Below, in pieces: positions 1-13,130 of a DNA stretch of 64,000 bases. Below the pieces are notes generated by a model, which searched no databases, had not been told where the DNA came from, and saw nothing but the letters and a program-made list of their open reading frames with translations. The stretch comes from Octopus bimaculoides (Eukaryota). Every line of letters begins with the position of its first letter. The first letter of the stretch is position 1. The DNA lies in contig NC_068985.1 of the NCBI RefSeq assembly GCF_001194135.2, forward strand, positions 30,505,992-30,569,991, written 5' to 3'. Made by a program: the position numbers and the translations under genes.

Positions 1-22
1 TATATATATATATATATATATA

Positions 23-1012
23 TATGTCTCACATGAGTAAAGGTGTGATGTCAGTACACCTGACGGTACACACCAATTTTTTTTTGCTTTGTGATGCCAT
101 GCTGGGACCAGACACAAGACGGAAGAGACCGAAAGAAATCAGTTGCTCTCTGCAGCCTGAAAGATATTTCATCATCCAGGGAGCAAGAACGGCTGAATGT
201 GCTGCCTCCGTAGACAAACTTGTCAACCACTTTCAGAATTGTTCCTTCAACCAAGATAGCTGGTTCCATATATGGATTTCCTGGTGCAGGCTGGAATATT
301 ACAATAGTGTTTTCCATGCTAATGCTGAGTCCAAATGCCTTGAAAGAAGTAGAAGTACGATTCATAAGCATTTGCATGTCATCAAGTAGTAAAATAAAAT
401 GGTCATGTAAGGGTCCTTGAACGCTTTCATCAGAGATGTCTCAGACACATTCTGAATGTTGACTGGTCCTTAAAAACTCCAGACACTCAGGTCCTGAGGA
501 CAGTTGATATCTTGAGTATTGAGGCGATGGTGCGCAAGCACCGGTTACGTTAGACTAGACACTTTATTAGAATGAAGGATAGCAGGATCCCTAAGCAAAT
601 GCTATATGGGGAACTTGTGAATGGAAAGATACCGCGGCAGAAACCAAGGCTGCGATTTAAGGACTGAGTTGAGTCCTCATTAAAAGCCTGTAATATGCAG
701 GAGACTGACTGGGAGAACAATTCCTGTTATCGCAACAGATGTAGGAAGCAGGTGTAGGAGGGGGTCGACACTTTTTAGAGAGCACGTATTCTGCATGAAG
801 AACTTAAGAAGTGTGCTGCTCGAAAGCGCACTGCTGGTGTAGTGAACGGGGAAAGCTTGGTCTACAATGTTTCTAGTCGTGTGTGCTTGTCAAGAGCAAA
901 GCGCATTAGCCACCAACGGAGCCACGAATGCAAAATATAAGTTAGTCCTAGAGCGCACAATGTTCCTGAAGGTCAGCAACGGTTTTGCTCGGTCACGCGT
1001 GGATAGCCATCC
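23..1012. mobile_element. RTE-clade LINE 3' portion with inverted 5' segment (23-~395 minus, ~399-1012 plus), degenerate
   Basis: Minus strand encodes DDMQMLMNR...KVVDKFVYGGSTFSRSCSLDDEISFRLQRA...IGVYR/VLTSHLYSCET. Plus strand continues HVRVLERFHQRCLRHILNVDW...RIPKQMLYGELVNG...KPRLRFKD and ends in a degenerate zinc finger (RVCLSRAKRISHQRSH*). Flanked by (TA)n. Confidence 0.9.
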
Positions 1013-1370
1013 TATATATNNNNNNNNNNNNNNNNNNNNNNNNNNNNNNNNNNNNNNNNNNNNNNNNNNNNNNNNNNNNNNNNNNNNNNNNNNNNNNNNN
1101 NNNNNNNNNNNNNNNNNNNNNNNNNNNNNNNNNNNNNNNNNNNNNNNNNNNNNNNNNNNNNNNNNNNNNNNNNNNNNNNNNNNNNNNNNNNNNNNNNNNN
1201 NNNNNNNNNNNNNNNNNNNNNNNNNNNNNNNNNNNNNNNNNNNNNNNNNNNNNNNNNNNNNNNNNNNNNNNNNNNNNNNNNNNNNNNNNNNNNNNNNNNN
1301 NNNNNNNNNNNNNNNNNNNNNNNNNNNNNNNNNNNNNNNNNNNNNNNNNNNNNNNNNNNNNNNTATATAT

Positions 1371-1438
<68 letters not shown>
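1371..1438. repeat. (ATAG)n microsatellite
   Basis: Perfect tetranucleotide run directly after an N-gap. Confidence 0.95.
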
Positions 1439-2646
1439 TGTTAGTACTTATATAACTTCATGCATTTTTATGAAATATACACGATATCACAATAATGCTA
1501 ATATCTTTATATAAGAATGTGTGAAAATAATTCTTGATTAATTTCACTAGTTTCTTATCTAAGTGAGATTACAGTATTTAATTTTCTCTTGTTTTCGGCT
1601 GCAGTTGTTTGTTAGATTGCGTAGTTCAGTACACGAAAGCAGACCACTATGGGAATTGTGAACTAAACTCTTTGAAAAAAGAGGTTTAGTAAACAGACCT
1701 ATGGAGAAAAGTACATAATCTGATCACGCTAGTAAAATTATTTCTTGCCGCAAGCAAAATATTACATTAAAAGAAATGGTTGAAAAGAGATAAATAAATA
1801 CGGGCCAAAGAAAGCGATAAGCATTTGAAAACAAAAGCGCAGGAATTATTAGGACGAAAGCGTATACATACATATATGTATAGATAAAATAAATACATGT
1901 ACTAGCTTGTGTATATGCGTGTGTGTGTTCGTGTGTGTTTGTGTTTGAGGTGGGTAGGATGTAGAATCATCTTATTCTTATCTATTCTGTCACATATTTT
2001 CTGTTTTTCAAGCTGCAGGGGTACTTGATATGTACAGTATAAAAGTTCTGTATGTGTCTCTGTACGTATGTATGTATGTTCGTTTGTATGTGGGTGCGCA
2101 AAGATACATACATACACAAATACCCGTGGGTATGTATCCCCTTGTGTTTATGTTTATATATAGTGTGATGCATATAAGCACATACACAACAATATTATAT
2201 GAATGTGTGTGTGCGCGCGCAGGAGCGTGCGTATTCAGGAAGAGTCCTAAGGGACATAACTTCAGTGTGCAAATGATACAAACTTTGATAAATCCGGTAA
2301 GTGGTGATGTACTGAGTGACGTCTGAAAAAAATTAAATGAACTAATATTTGCCTTGGGTTTGAAGAAGCAAACCAAAAAGTATGAACTAAGGACACTTGA
2401 TGTAATTCCCATTGAAAAGAAAAGTTTCAATAAATTAAGAATAAATAATACTGCAAATTTCATTTTCATACAAAGGAGTAATTTTTATCTTTCTTCGCAG
2501 GCAGAGAGTCAATATATTTAGGTCTTTTGTATAGAGAACTTCACTCAGATCATCGTGATAGAGGAGCACTAAAAACGAAGCAAGAATTCCCAAAAGAAAT
2601 TACTTGGTGTTTGCCACACTGATCACCATCAGTGTTCATTTCTTAC

Positions 2647-2718
2647 CGCTAAACATGAAGCCTGGTGTCTTACTGTCCACTGGGCAGCTGACTCCTTTGA
2701 AGATATCAGCAGAACGTG
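2647..2718 (-). CDS. Candidate 72-bp phase 1-1 coding exon of an unidentified gene (RSADIFKGVSCPVDSKTPGFMFS)
   Basis: Acceptor ttttaccccctgtaAG, donor GTAAGA, open frame. Splices in frame to the acceptor tttttttcAG at 2324-2325, giving DVTQYITTYRIYQSLYHLHTEVMSLRTLPE. No family recognised, and competing plus-strand splice signals exist. Confidence 0.3.
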
Positions 2719-2816
2719 CTTACAGGGGGTAAAACGAGGACATTACGATTAACCTGCTTCACTATGCAGTTTAAACCTTTAGTTAGGATTTGAACTTAAT
2801 CCCAAATATTTGATAA

Positions 2817-3025
2817 GTTACTCTTTTACTCTTTTACTTGTTTCAGTCATTTGACTGCGGCCATGCTGGAGCACAGCCTTTAGTCAAGAAAATCAACCCC
2901 AGGACTTATTCTTTGTAAGCCTACTACTTATTCTATCGGACTCTGTTGCCGAACCGCTAAGTTACGGGGACGTAAACACACCAACCTCGGTTGTCAAGCG
3001 ATGGTGGGGGGACAAACACACATAC

Positions 3026-3069
<44 letters not shown>

Positions 3070-3161
3070 GACGGGCTTNNNNNNNNNNACCGCTAAGTTA
3101 CGGGGACGTAAACACACCAACCTCGGTTGTCAAGCGATGGTGGGGGGACAAACACACATAC

Positions 3162-3203
<42 letters not shown>

Positions 3204-3367
3204 GACGGGCTTCTTTCAATTTCTGTCTACCATATCCACTCACAAGGCTTTGGTCGGCCGGAGGCTATAGTAGAAGACACTTGCCCAAGGTGCCACGCAG
3301 TTGGACTGAACCCGGAACCATGTGGTTGCTAAGTAAGCTACTTACCACACAGCCACTCCTGCGCCTA
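2817..3367 (-). mobile_element. tRNA-headed SINE family A (long, internal TA/CA microsatellite, GTAAAAGA-type tail)
   Basis: Reverse complement starts ggcgcaggagtggctgtgtggt (A box) then ggttcagtcc (B box) and a CORE-like gcaccttgggcaagtg segment. Same sequence recurs at 3.9, 11.9, 25.6 and 32.2 kb. Confidence 0.9.
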
Positions 3368-3887
3368 ATGTATACTATTCGAATTTTAGATACTCAAATT
3401 TGAAGGGAAAAAAATCACGTAATATAGTAATATAAACGTATATTTCTCTCTTTTTCTGCGTAAGAATTCTAATCTGTACACTAGATGTGGTCGTCCCTGT
3501 GTCTCTAACATTGAAATCGCCGGCATCAGCAAGCCTGCAACAAATGCTGGTCCTAAATATTTGCTCGCAAAGCTAAGCTACGAAGAAAGAAGTGAAAGAA
3601 GAGGAAGGTTAATAGTCATGCTTGAGATCTTAATTTTAGGTCGTATTTATCCTTAACAGATTCATAGTTTTATGAAATATACATTGGTCTATGGATAGAG
3701 AATTATTACAAGTGGAAAAAGAGCTTTTTCGGAGTAATTTCATATTATAAAAAAAAAAGCAGCGTAGGGAAATAACTGAATAAGAGCCAACGGCACGAAT
3801 ATGAATAACGACTTAAGCACCACGAAGTGCATTACAAGCAATATGCACACTAATATTATAGTACTGAAATGTGCCACTTACGTGACG

Positions 3888-4284
3888 AAATGGCGGTGTG
3901 GTAAGTAGCTTGTTTACCAACCACATGGTCCCAGGTTCAGTCTCACTGCGTGGCACCTTGGGCAAGTGTTTCTACTATAGTCTCGGGCCGATCAAAGCCT
4001 TGTGAGTGGATTTGGTAGACGGAAACTGGAAGACGCCCGTTGTATATGTATATATATATATATATGTATGAGTGTGTATATGTTTGTTCGTCTGCTTATC
4101 CCCCAGCATCGCTTGACAACCGATGCTGGTGTGTTTGCGTCCCCGTAACTTAGCGGTTCGGCAAAAGAGAATAATTCCTAGGTTTACAAAGAATAAGCTC
4201 CGGGATCGATTTGCTCGACTATAAAGGTGGTGCTCCAGCATGGCCGTAGTCAAATGACAGAAACAAATAAAAGAGTAAAAGAGA
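3888..4284 (+). mobile_element. SINE family A copy
   Basis: tggcggtgtggtaagtagcttg...ggttcagtctcactgcgtggcaccttgggcaagtg...gtaaaagag, colinear with the other copies. Confidence 0.9.
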
Positions 4285-4323
4285 ATAAATTAGAAAACTC
4301 AGCAGTTATGCTCAGAGGAATAA

Positions 4324-4345
4324 GTGTGTGTGTGTGTGTGTGTGC

Positions 4346-4410
<65 letters not shown>

Positions 4411-4546
4411 TGTCGCTTGAAATATTTTCATTGCTTGTTTTTCCCTTCGCTCACTTTTTGTAAATATTCGAATTATCCCAGTCAAAATTCTTTGTAACGC
4501 TTTTACTACTTGTATAAAAAAATTCTCCCACCCACCCCTCTCTCTC

Positions 4547-4588
<42 letters not shown>

Positions 4589-4608
4589 TCTCTTTCGCCC
4601 TCTCTCTG
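4324..4608. repeat. (TG)n and (CT)n microsatellites
   Basis: (TG)n at 4324-4407 and (CT)n at 4538-4608. Confidence 0.95.
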
Positions 4609-7016
4609 TGAGTGCGCATGTCTGTCTGTATATAAACCCGCCAATGCTTAAGTTAGGATTTGAACGTAATCCCAAACATTTGATAAATGTATACTAGCCG
4701 AATTTTTGGATGCTCAAATTTGAAAGAAAAAAAAACACACGTAATATAGTAATATAAACGTATATTTCTCTCTTTTCCTGCATAAGAATTCTAATGTGTA
4801 CACTAGATGATTGATATTCCCATGTAATGAGTTCAGTTATTTATTCTCATAATTTTTCTATCATATTCCCATTTCTCTATCATTTTATTACTAGTCACCA
4901 CCGAGTTAAATAAATATAATATATAAATATTGTCATTCGATGTTATATGAAAGTTTCTATGTATATGAATATTTTTCTTTCTAGAAATAGTATTTAATTT
5001 CATTTATTTCTATATTTTTTTTATTACTGTGTTACCTTTTCTTGTGCAATGATTTATTTAATGAATCTATCTTCTATATATAAATTTCCTGCATTCTACA
5101 TTAATATTTTTTCCTCTATTAAAGATAGGCAAAAACAAATAAATAATAAACCATGTTTTAATGTTGGAACCACTACGCTTGAAAAATGACTTACAAGTGA
5201 TGCACTGAGAAGGAGAGTAATGGCGTACTGTTTGTAAACCGCAAATGCTACTGGCGAGGAAATTTATAGCGTACTTAGGTATTAATTTATTCCAGAAGAT
5301 ATGTTAGTCTTGAATTTCGTGCAAATAGATTGCATTTATAAGGTTGCTTAGATACAAAAACTCTCTTTTCTTTCTTTTTCGTGTCCTTCCGCTAAAACTT
5401 CAATGTGAATCTCAAAAGAAGCAGGACACTTCTGAGAGAATTTTCAAGCAGAACATTCAGCGGAAAAAAGCTACTTAAGACTTTTGATATTTTCTCATAT
5501 TATTCTAGATTTGCATGTATGTATTTTATTGATCTTCTTTATGTGTGAAAAAGAGATTCCATTCGAACTCATTACGAATGGCAAGTTTGCTTGAGAGTAT
5601 TTCATGTCTATTGTCAAAACTTTAAATGGAAAATATTTCATTCCACACTTACTAAAATGAATTTTAAACTTATTTTATTATATTCAGAGTGTAATCAATG
5701 ATTGTATTAAAAATCTATCTTAATGTTAACTGCATTAACTAAAATACTTAAGGGCAATACGGTCATTTGTAAACTCAAGAGAATGTAACTATCTCACCAG
5801 CCTTGAGGCAAGAATTCAGATTAATCCCAGTTCATGATATACTAGTTCAGATCCGCTGAATGGATTGAAATTAAGTGTCATGTGCTGGGGTACCTATCAT
5901 GAGTAGGAATCCCAGCTATCCACTAAACCAAGACAGGCGATTTCATTTATATACTTCAGCTTTCGTTACTGTCAATAACTCTTGGTTACTAGGAAATAGG
6001 AATTACAGAGCAATTTAACAGCAAGAGCCTAACATATTAATCGGAAGAGATTTGTCTTTCATGCGATTAACACTTCGGAAGCGTCGCTTAAATAATGAGG
6101 CTTAGATAGAATTAACTGGTTTAAGAAATGATCAAACTATCAGGGGATGCTCGTTGTAGTAACAGATATTTTCTTCAATAGTGCGAAAGATTCACGCAGC
6201 CTCATTACAACACGATTGCAAGCACCTATTCGGAAATTCCGACAGATTCGTAAAAGATTCGTCGTGTGCTCTTCTACATTTGCCAAAGTTATGTACTAGA
6301 GTCCATTGTACAGTTGTGTACTTTTGCGTATGCGGGTATGTGTATAAGTGTTTGTATGTGTATTTCTGTATGTATGTTGCATTGGATAAAAAGAACGAGT
6401 TCTGATTTTATTGTTTCCATTAAGGGTTTTGATATTTTCGCTTCAGGTCCTTGCGAGTAGCATTTTCTGACCATCATAGTCTCATCTAGAAAACGCAGTG
6501 GTTTTGGCGTGTATTGCCTCGTTATTATAGACAGGCCCGATGTGATTGTTGTAAACATAACTGTCCGAATATAAATTTTGACTTTCATCACAATTATACG
6601 TTGTCAGTAGATGTATATCCGTGACAACATGTCTATCCTATATAGAATTCTAAACAAAAGTAAAGCATTAATGAAGCCAGATATACTCAAGGTACAATAT
6701 ATTTCTAAAATATACACATAGCCAACTTACTGTATTCACAAAAATAAAATAAAATAACACAGTCTGAATGTATGTAAATCTAACAGTCAAAATTGAAATT
6801 CTAGTGGAATTGGCTCCGCCAATCAGGTTGTCTTTGCCTATCTTATAGAGGTAGCATCATACACTAAATCATAATATCCTCATTAAGAAGCTATGAAAGT
6901 CTAGAAATATTAACTGCATAGAAATCATTCGATAATATGAACAGAAAACATGGATCACCTTCAACATAGTTGGGTATTCAATACACGTCCCACGTTTATG
7001 TATATACGTGTATATT

Positions 7017-7055
<39 letters not shown>

Positions 7056-7293
7056 TTTCGATTATATTAAACTGTCTGTCATATGTCCAAATTTGCCTAA
7101 ATGCGTTGTTTGCAATATCTATTTTTCCATGCAGTAGACGGTTCTTTGGGTCAAACTATCGTATCTCCAGCTGCTTCAGATGACAAAATATCAAAAATTG
7201 TCAAAGTGTAGTACAACGGTTTTGCTATGGAATGGTGAAACTATTTTTCTTTTCTTGAAAAGGCAACGTTTGGGACTTTTGAATAACAGCGAC

Positions 7294-7371
<78 letters not shown>

Positions 7372-8593
7372 CCTTCTTTTGTAAAATCAGCATACATACT
7401 CACAGACACACACAATTTTGTAAACTATTATAGAAGTGGAAAAGCATAAATCGTGCATAGGCTCGCCAGAGAATTTATTTATGTGGAAATATACGTGTTA
7501 AAACCTTGCCTTGTACGTACATCAGCTTCTATCCAATGTTTACACTTCTCATGTGTAAGATATCGGAATTGATTCAACCACGAATATAATGCCTTGCGTA
7601 TTGAGTTACGCTATGTTATGCTCGTACTTCAAAAAAACAACTTATTTCTAGTTACACGTTTGTGCTTCCGGCTCCTTAAAATATAGTAGCAGACAAATGC
7701 TCTTTTATGTGCTTCAGTCAAAGAATAAAGGGAGACGTTCCTGACCTTAACAGGATTGCTAGAACTGTTGGTTAAAACGGAGACAAAATTTATACTGATG
7801 GAAGCTGTGACCGTTATTTCGACCAACGTGAGTAAATCGGCCGGTAGTTCGTGATTGCACATAGACCAATATACAAAAGTATCACTCAGCCCTCGAAGAG
7901 CTGATAAGTTCTTGGACCTCCGTAATGCCTGATATTTAGACATTGACAGAAGTTTCCTTCGTCTTCTTCCTTCTACCAAACCCCGGTAAAAGCTCTTTTC
8001 CAACTTGTAAAATATCTTTATGCATGCATTGATAATTATAGATTTTATAAAACTATGCGAGATCAACTATGTTTCCTAGCGCCAAAAATGCATTAGAAAA
8101 TATAAACAATGAGATATTTTCTAATAAGAATCTTTGTCGAAATTCCCCCGTCGAAATGCGCTGCAATAAACTCTCCTCTGCCTAAGATTTAGATGGTGAC
8201 GCTAAAGGAGACGTTGGATTTGATTTGACCCTTCACTAGAAGCAACATACCCGATTGCTACTCCTCTCTGCCAAAGTGTGTGGTCTTATACAATGTAACA
8301 CATGTTGGCTTCTACTCGTCCTCAAATGTGCTTTCCTAAAGTAGTATTGTTTATTTTGGGGTCATGTCAGTTGTTCTTTCAGTTATTGTTCCTGATATTA
8401 CTCATATTACTGTATGTTTTGTCTTCTGTTCTTTCCGCTTGGTTTTCATTCATATCAGTACACGAATTTCCTGTATACACAAAAAAAAACTATATATGTA
8501 CATATGCACGTATAACCTATCTGACTATCTACCTATATGTATATATAATATATATNNNNNNNNNNNNNNNNNNNNATATATATATATATATAT

Positions 8594-8637
<44 letters not shown>

Positions 8638-8738
8638 GTGTGTATGTGCATGTGCAAATAAGAATGCACAAATACATATATATATGTGTGTATGTGTATA
8701 TATGCATATATGGATGAATACATTCATATATGTGTGTA

Positions 8739-8773
<35 letters not shown>

Positions 8774-9759
8774 GTAAGTATATATGTGAGTATGTGTATT
8801 TAGCGTATGTATACACACACACATCCATATATATAAACATATGTTTATATATATATGCCTGTATGTTTATGTCCATGCATGTTTGCCAATGTATGTATAT
8901 ATTCTTCAAACTTCCATTTACTCTGTAAAGTAGGTTTGCGCTATTTGTATATTTGTGAATGAATAGTAAGTTTATCTTTCCCTTGAGAGTGACCCCACAC
9001 ATACAAACTGTAAACAAGCAGCAACGCTTCGAGAATTTTAAACCGACACGACTGCTGGTATTTGTATAGGAAATTTAATGAAAGTTAATGTAGGAAGACA
9101 TTGTTGCCGGGTTACGTAAAACTGAGAGGCTGAGAAACAAGAAAGAGAGGAAGACATTGACAGTACTTGATCCATATTGAGAGGTATTTGTATTATGATA
9201 TGGTATATTAGATAATCAATTGAATATCATTGTTGTATTCAATTTGTCATTGTAGCATTATGAATCAGTATTAATTTGTTATGTATGAACTAATGACAAT
9301 TATATTCTAATGTTTTCATTATTACTGCTGCTGTTCTTGATCTTGTTGGTGGCTGTGGTCGAGGTGTTGCTACTGATGCTGCGGTTTATTTCCATGTTAG
9401 CCTCAATCCAAAAGTTCTATAACCAAACACTCTCCATGCAGATAAATCTAGTATTTTTTGTATGTTATTGACAATTTTTCCCTACGCATACCTTATTTGA
9501 GCCTATTAGTATGATGCGATTTGAATGAGATTTCGGTTCTAGTTTTAATAGGTTTAACGACACTGCAGAAGTGCTCAACGCATGATATTTGGTTTGAAAT
9601 CAACACCAATAAATCTTCTCGAAATGTGTTGGAGTTAAACAGATCACTGGGGTATGAAACTAAATACTGTAAAATATCTTATTCCAGTAATACTCGTTCT
9701 TTTCCACTTTCTTAAACATTTCTTCTCGGTTTTGTATTCCTGACTTTTCCAGATCTTCT

Positions 9760-10080
9760 CAGACTATTGTGGTTGAGCCGGTGGATATACCTTTACAAAA
9801 GCTGAAATTTGATGGCTGTAGTTAAAATATGGGGGGAGTGTCATCCAGAAGGTCGATCTTCTAGGAAAGGTCGACTGGATGATGGGATTAATAATGAGCT
9901 GTGGGTCAGACACAGCATAGGTGTACAGAGGCAAAAAGATAAATGGTTTGCGTAGAGATCGCATGAGTGCAGCTAAATCTAAAGAACAATGACCACTGTA
10001 ATAGCAGTTGATAGAGTGAGGAGATGGCATGTCTGTCTCTTAGAGCCTGGAGTGTGTTGGTGAACGGCTTCATGTTAATC
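9760..10080 (-). mobile_element. CR1/L2/Jockey-group LINE ORF2 3' end fragment
   Basis: Minus frames give LRDRHAISSLYQ..YYSGHCSLDLAALM...PF...STFPRRSTFWMTLP...AFVK, resembling the CR1/L2 C-terminus (L..RR....L..FY.Y..G.CS.EL...SFFPRT..LWN.LP). Frameshifted. Confidence 0.7.
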
Positions 10081-11496
10081 AGTTACTTTGACTTCTTTTG
10101 TAGAATACAATCTAGGATGTATATGAGATAGCAACAGCATCAAAGATGTAGGAACATTATTCTAATTTGGGTCTTACCTTTGTTTATGGTCAGTCATTGT
10201 TGGAAAATAAAGAGACAGATCTATAGGCTTTCTTGAACAAATAATACTTTTGATTTGTTTTGCTTATATGCTATCCTGTTCGTTTCTCTTGATTACATTG
10301 AAATTCACGGTTTATTTGAAGAGGTTCATTGCGCTTGCATGTTGTCTATGCACTCCCCTAAAGGCATTCGTATTGATTTATTGGAGCCATTCATAATACT
10401 TAAGATTTGGATGGCAGTGTAAACGTTGTATCGGGTTGTTGTTGTCATTCCCAGTGGCTTATGTGGCTTATGTGCAGGAAAATCATTGCAATCGGAAATC
10501 GAAACGGAAAATATATCGGAGCTATAGCTGGTTGACTGATAGCTTTACAGATTATTTATGACGTGTTCCGATAAAACTATCAGAACTAACCAATATATAC
10601 CACAGTCTAACATCTCACTAATTAACATATTCAAGGCACTGAATGTTCTTCTCTTACTATATCCCTGTCTTCTTCTCACTCCATTTCTTCTCTAACCCTC
10701 GCTTTTTTCCCCATTCTCTCTCACTTTCTCTAAGTATATTATTATGGTCATTCAATTTTCTATGCACTTTCTGTTCCTAGGGAATATATACCAAGCTTTC
10801 CGGAGAGAAAATAGAATAAGCAATGCTAACACATGGAAATATTGACACCTTGGCCATGTAGGTCATGGGCACTAGTCATCAGCGAATATATGTTTCTGAG
10901 TAGAAACCCAAATAGTAGGTATTCTAACTCATTCTACATATAAAGAGGTGATACTTGGCGCTCACTTCCGCTTTTTAATATCATCCTTTGTTTCAGTTAA
11001 ATATATTTATATGCAGTGACGAGAATGGCTTCAAATCAAATCTAAACTCAATCGCAAGATATACTCACTGTGTGACCATTCTTTCGCATCATATTGCTGA
11101 CATTAATGGAACAGACGAGGGATTTAAAATAAAATAAAACCCCGTCAAGATTTGAACTCTGGTTAAAAAAAAAAATAGCTACATAGGATTGCCAAAATAC
11201 AACCACGTTAATACTCATACTACCATACTTTAAACAAGAACCATTCGATTTATGGATATGTAACGTTTGTACTTCTACCAACATGATGCAAATTTTGCGG
11301 AAGAATTCCAAAGAGAAATAGATAAAATGAGAAACAGAACAACACGAAATGTATAATAAAGTTAATAGTGGATAAATAAAATGATTTGTGGAAAGCAACT
11401 GACCTGTGTAAAGATTAATCATCAGAGTCTCAACAAACCCCAAATGGCTTCTTTGCGTGACTATAGAAAACTCTCAATATCCACTGATAGATGCTA

Positions 11497-11497
11497 A

Positions 11498-11586
<89 letters not shown>

Positions 11587-11632
11587 TTCTATCTATCTAT
11601 ATATCTATCTAAGTATCTATCTATTTATCTCT
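11497..11632. repeat. Compound (TATC)n/(TA)n microsatellite
   Basis: Directly visible run. Confidence 0.95.
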
Positions 11633-11884
11633 GTTTCTCACTCTCCTTCTCTCTCCTTGACCCTCTCTCACCCTTTCCCCCCTCTCTCTCCTTCTCGCTT
11701 CCTTCCTCTATTTCTGTCTTCCTCTCATTATCTCTACCTCTTCTTCCTTCAACCAATCTCTCTGTATCTACGTNNNNNNNNNNNNNNNNNNNNNNNNNNN
11801 NNNNNNNNNNNNNNNNNNNNNNNNNNNNNNNNNNNNNNNNNNNNNNNNNNNNNNNNNNNNNNNNNNNNNNNNNNNNNNNNNNNN

Positions 11885-12228
11885 TGGCATCTTGGGCAAG
11901 TGTCTTCTACTATAGCCTCGGGCTGACCAAAGCCTTGTGAGTGGATTTGGTAGACGGAAACTGAAAGAAGCCTGTCGTATGTATGTATATATATATATAT
12001 ATATGTATGTGTGTATGTGTTTGTGTGTCTGTCTTTTTCCCCCCAACATCGCTTGACAACCGATGCTGGTGTGTTTATGTCCCCGTAACTTAGCGGTTCG
12101 GCAAAAGAGACCGATAGAATAAGTACTAGGCTTCTAAAGAATAAGTCCTGGGGTCGATTTGCTCGACTAAAAGGTGGTGCTCCAGCATGGCCACAGTCAA
12201 AAGACTGAAACAAGTAAAATAGTAAAAT
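11885..12228 (+). mobile_element. SINE family A copy (5' end in gap)
   Basis: tggcatcttgggcaagtgtcttctactatagcctcggg...gtaaaatagtaaaa. Confidence 0.9.
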
Positions 12229-12309
12229 AATATATATATACAAATATATATATATACAGACACACACACACTCACACACACACACACACACACACACACA
12301 AATATATAT

Positions 12310-12348
<39 letters not shown>

Positions 12349-12729
12349 AGCGACAATTCCATATAACATGCTTGTCCGTTTCCCTTCGTGGCCTGTCAAT
12401 TTTCGGAAATTCTTGATTCTTCAGATTATCTGCCCTTCTCAAGTGGAGCCGGTCTTAATTGCTATTTGGTAATTATGATGCCAGCATCTACAGACGGATT
12501 TAATTTCAACAAACCTAAAATGTATGATGTATGAAAGTTGCTATACTTGCATTTGCCCATGCGGTTCAAATATATTCTACTGGCATGTTATATTTTTCTT
12601 ATCTAGTTGTCCGATAATTATGCAGATTCGTTGTCGTCGTAATGCATCGCACACCTGCACCGAATTGATGCCACTACAACGAAAGCCTTCCCGATTAAGC
12701 GCCAGTTCTCCAGCTGCCTTAGCTCTGTT

Positions 12730-13130
12730 GTCCAACCAGATCCTTATATATTTTCCATTGTATTCTTTGCCTACCATTTAATCTACTACTCTTTACTTTT
12801 CCTTCCACGACAATGTTTTCCAGATGTCTGTTTCTGCGAAAATGTCCACAGTAGATGAGCTTTTGTTTGTTTTTTCTTACAACGTTCAGGAGTTGTCTTT
12901 CACCTATTTGTCTTTCGCCCATTCATTTGTCCAGTGGTCTATGTATAAGACTCGTAACATTCCCTTATGCACCCACATTTCAAGCGTTCTGAGTGTATTC
13001 TTTTCAAATTTGTTCAGTGTCCATGCTTTGTAACCAGAGCCATGGACGTTCTTGCTATGGCTACCCGCATCTTAATTTCTTTCTTACATGTGGCTTCAAA
13101 TAACCTAGGACAAAAATGTGCTCCAAGGCC
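12730..13130 (-). mobile_element. RTE LINE ORF 3' fragment
   Basis: Minus translation WTLNKFEKNTLRTLEMWVHKGMLRV...QLLNVVRKNKQKLIYCGHFRRNRHLENIVVEGKVKSSRLNGRQRIQW, a typical RTE C-terminus. Confidence 0.85.

Noticed and set aside
2952-3210. Internal ~120-bp duplication within the SINE A copy
   Set aside because: The two near-identical copies flank an 11-N gap, typical of overlapping contig ends (assembly artefact).
3888-3960. tRNA-like sequences with A/B boxes (also in SINE B heads)
   Set aside because: They are SINE heads: no complete cloverleaf or pol III terminator, and they are continuous with the SINE body.
7629-8066. 145-aa minus-strand ORF
   Set aside because: No recognisable domain, no convincing splice sites, and not ATG-supported. 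Treated as a chance ORF.
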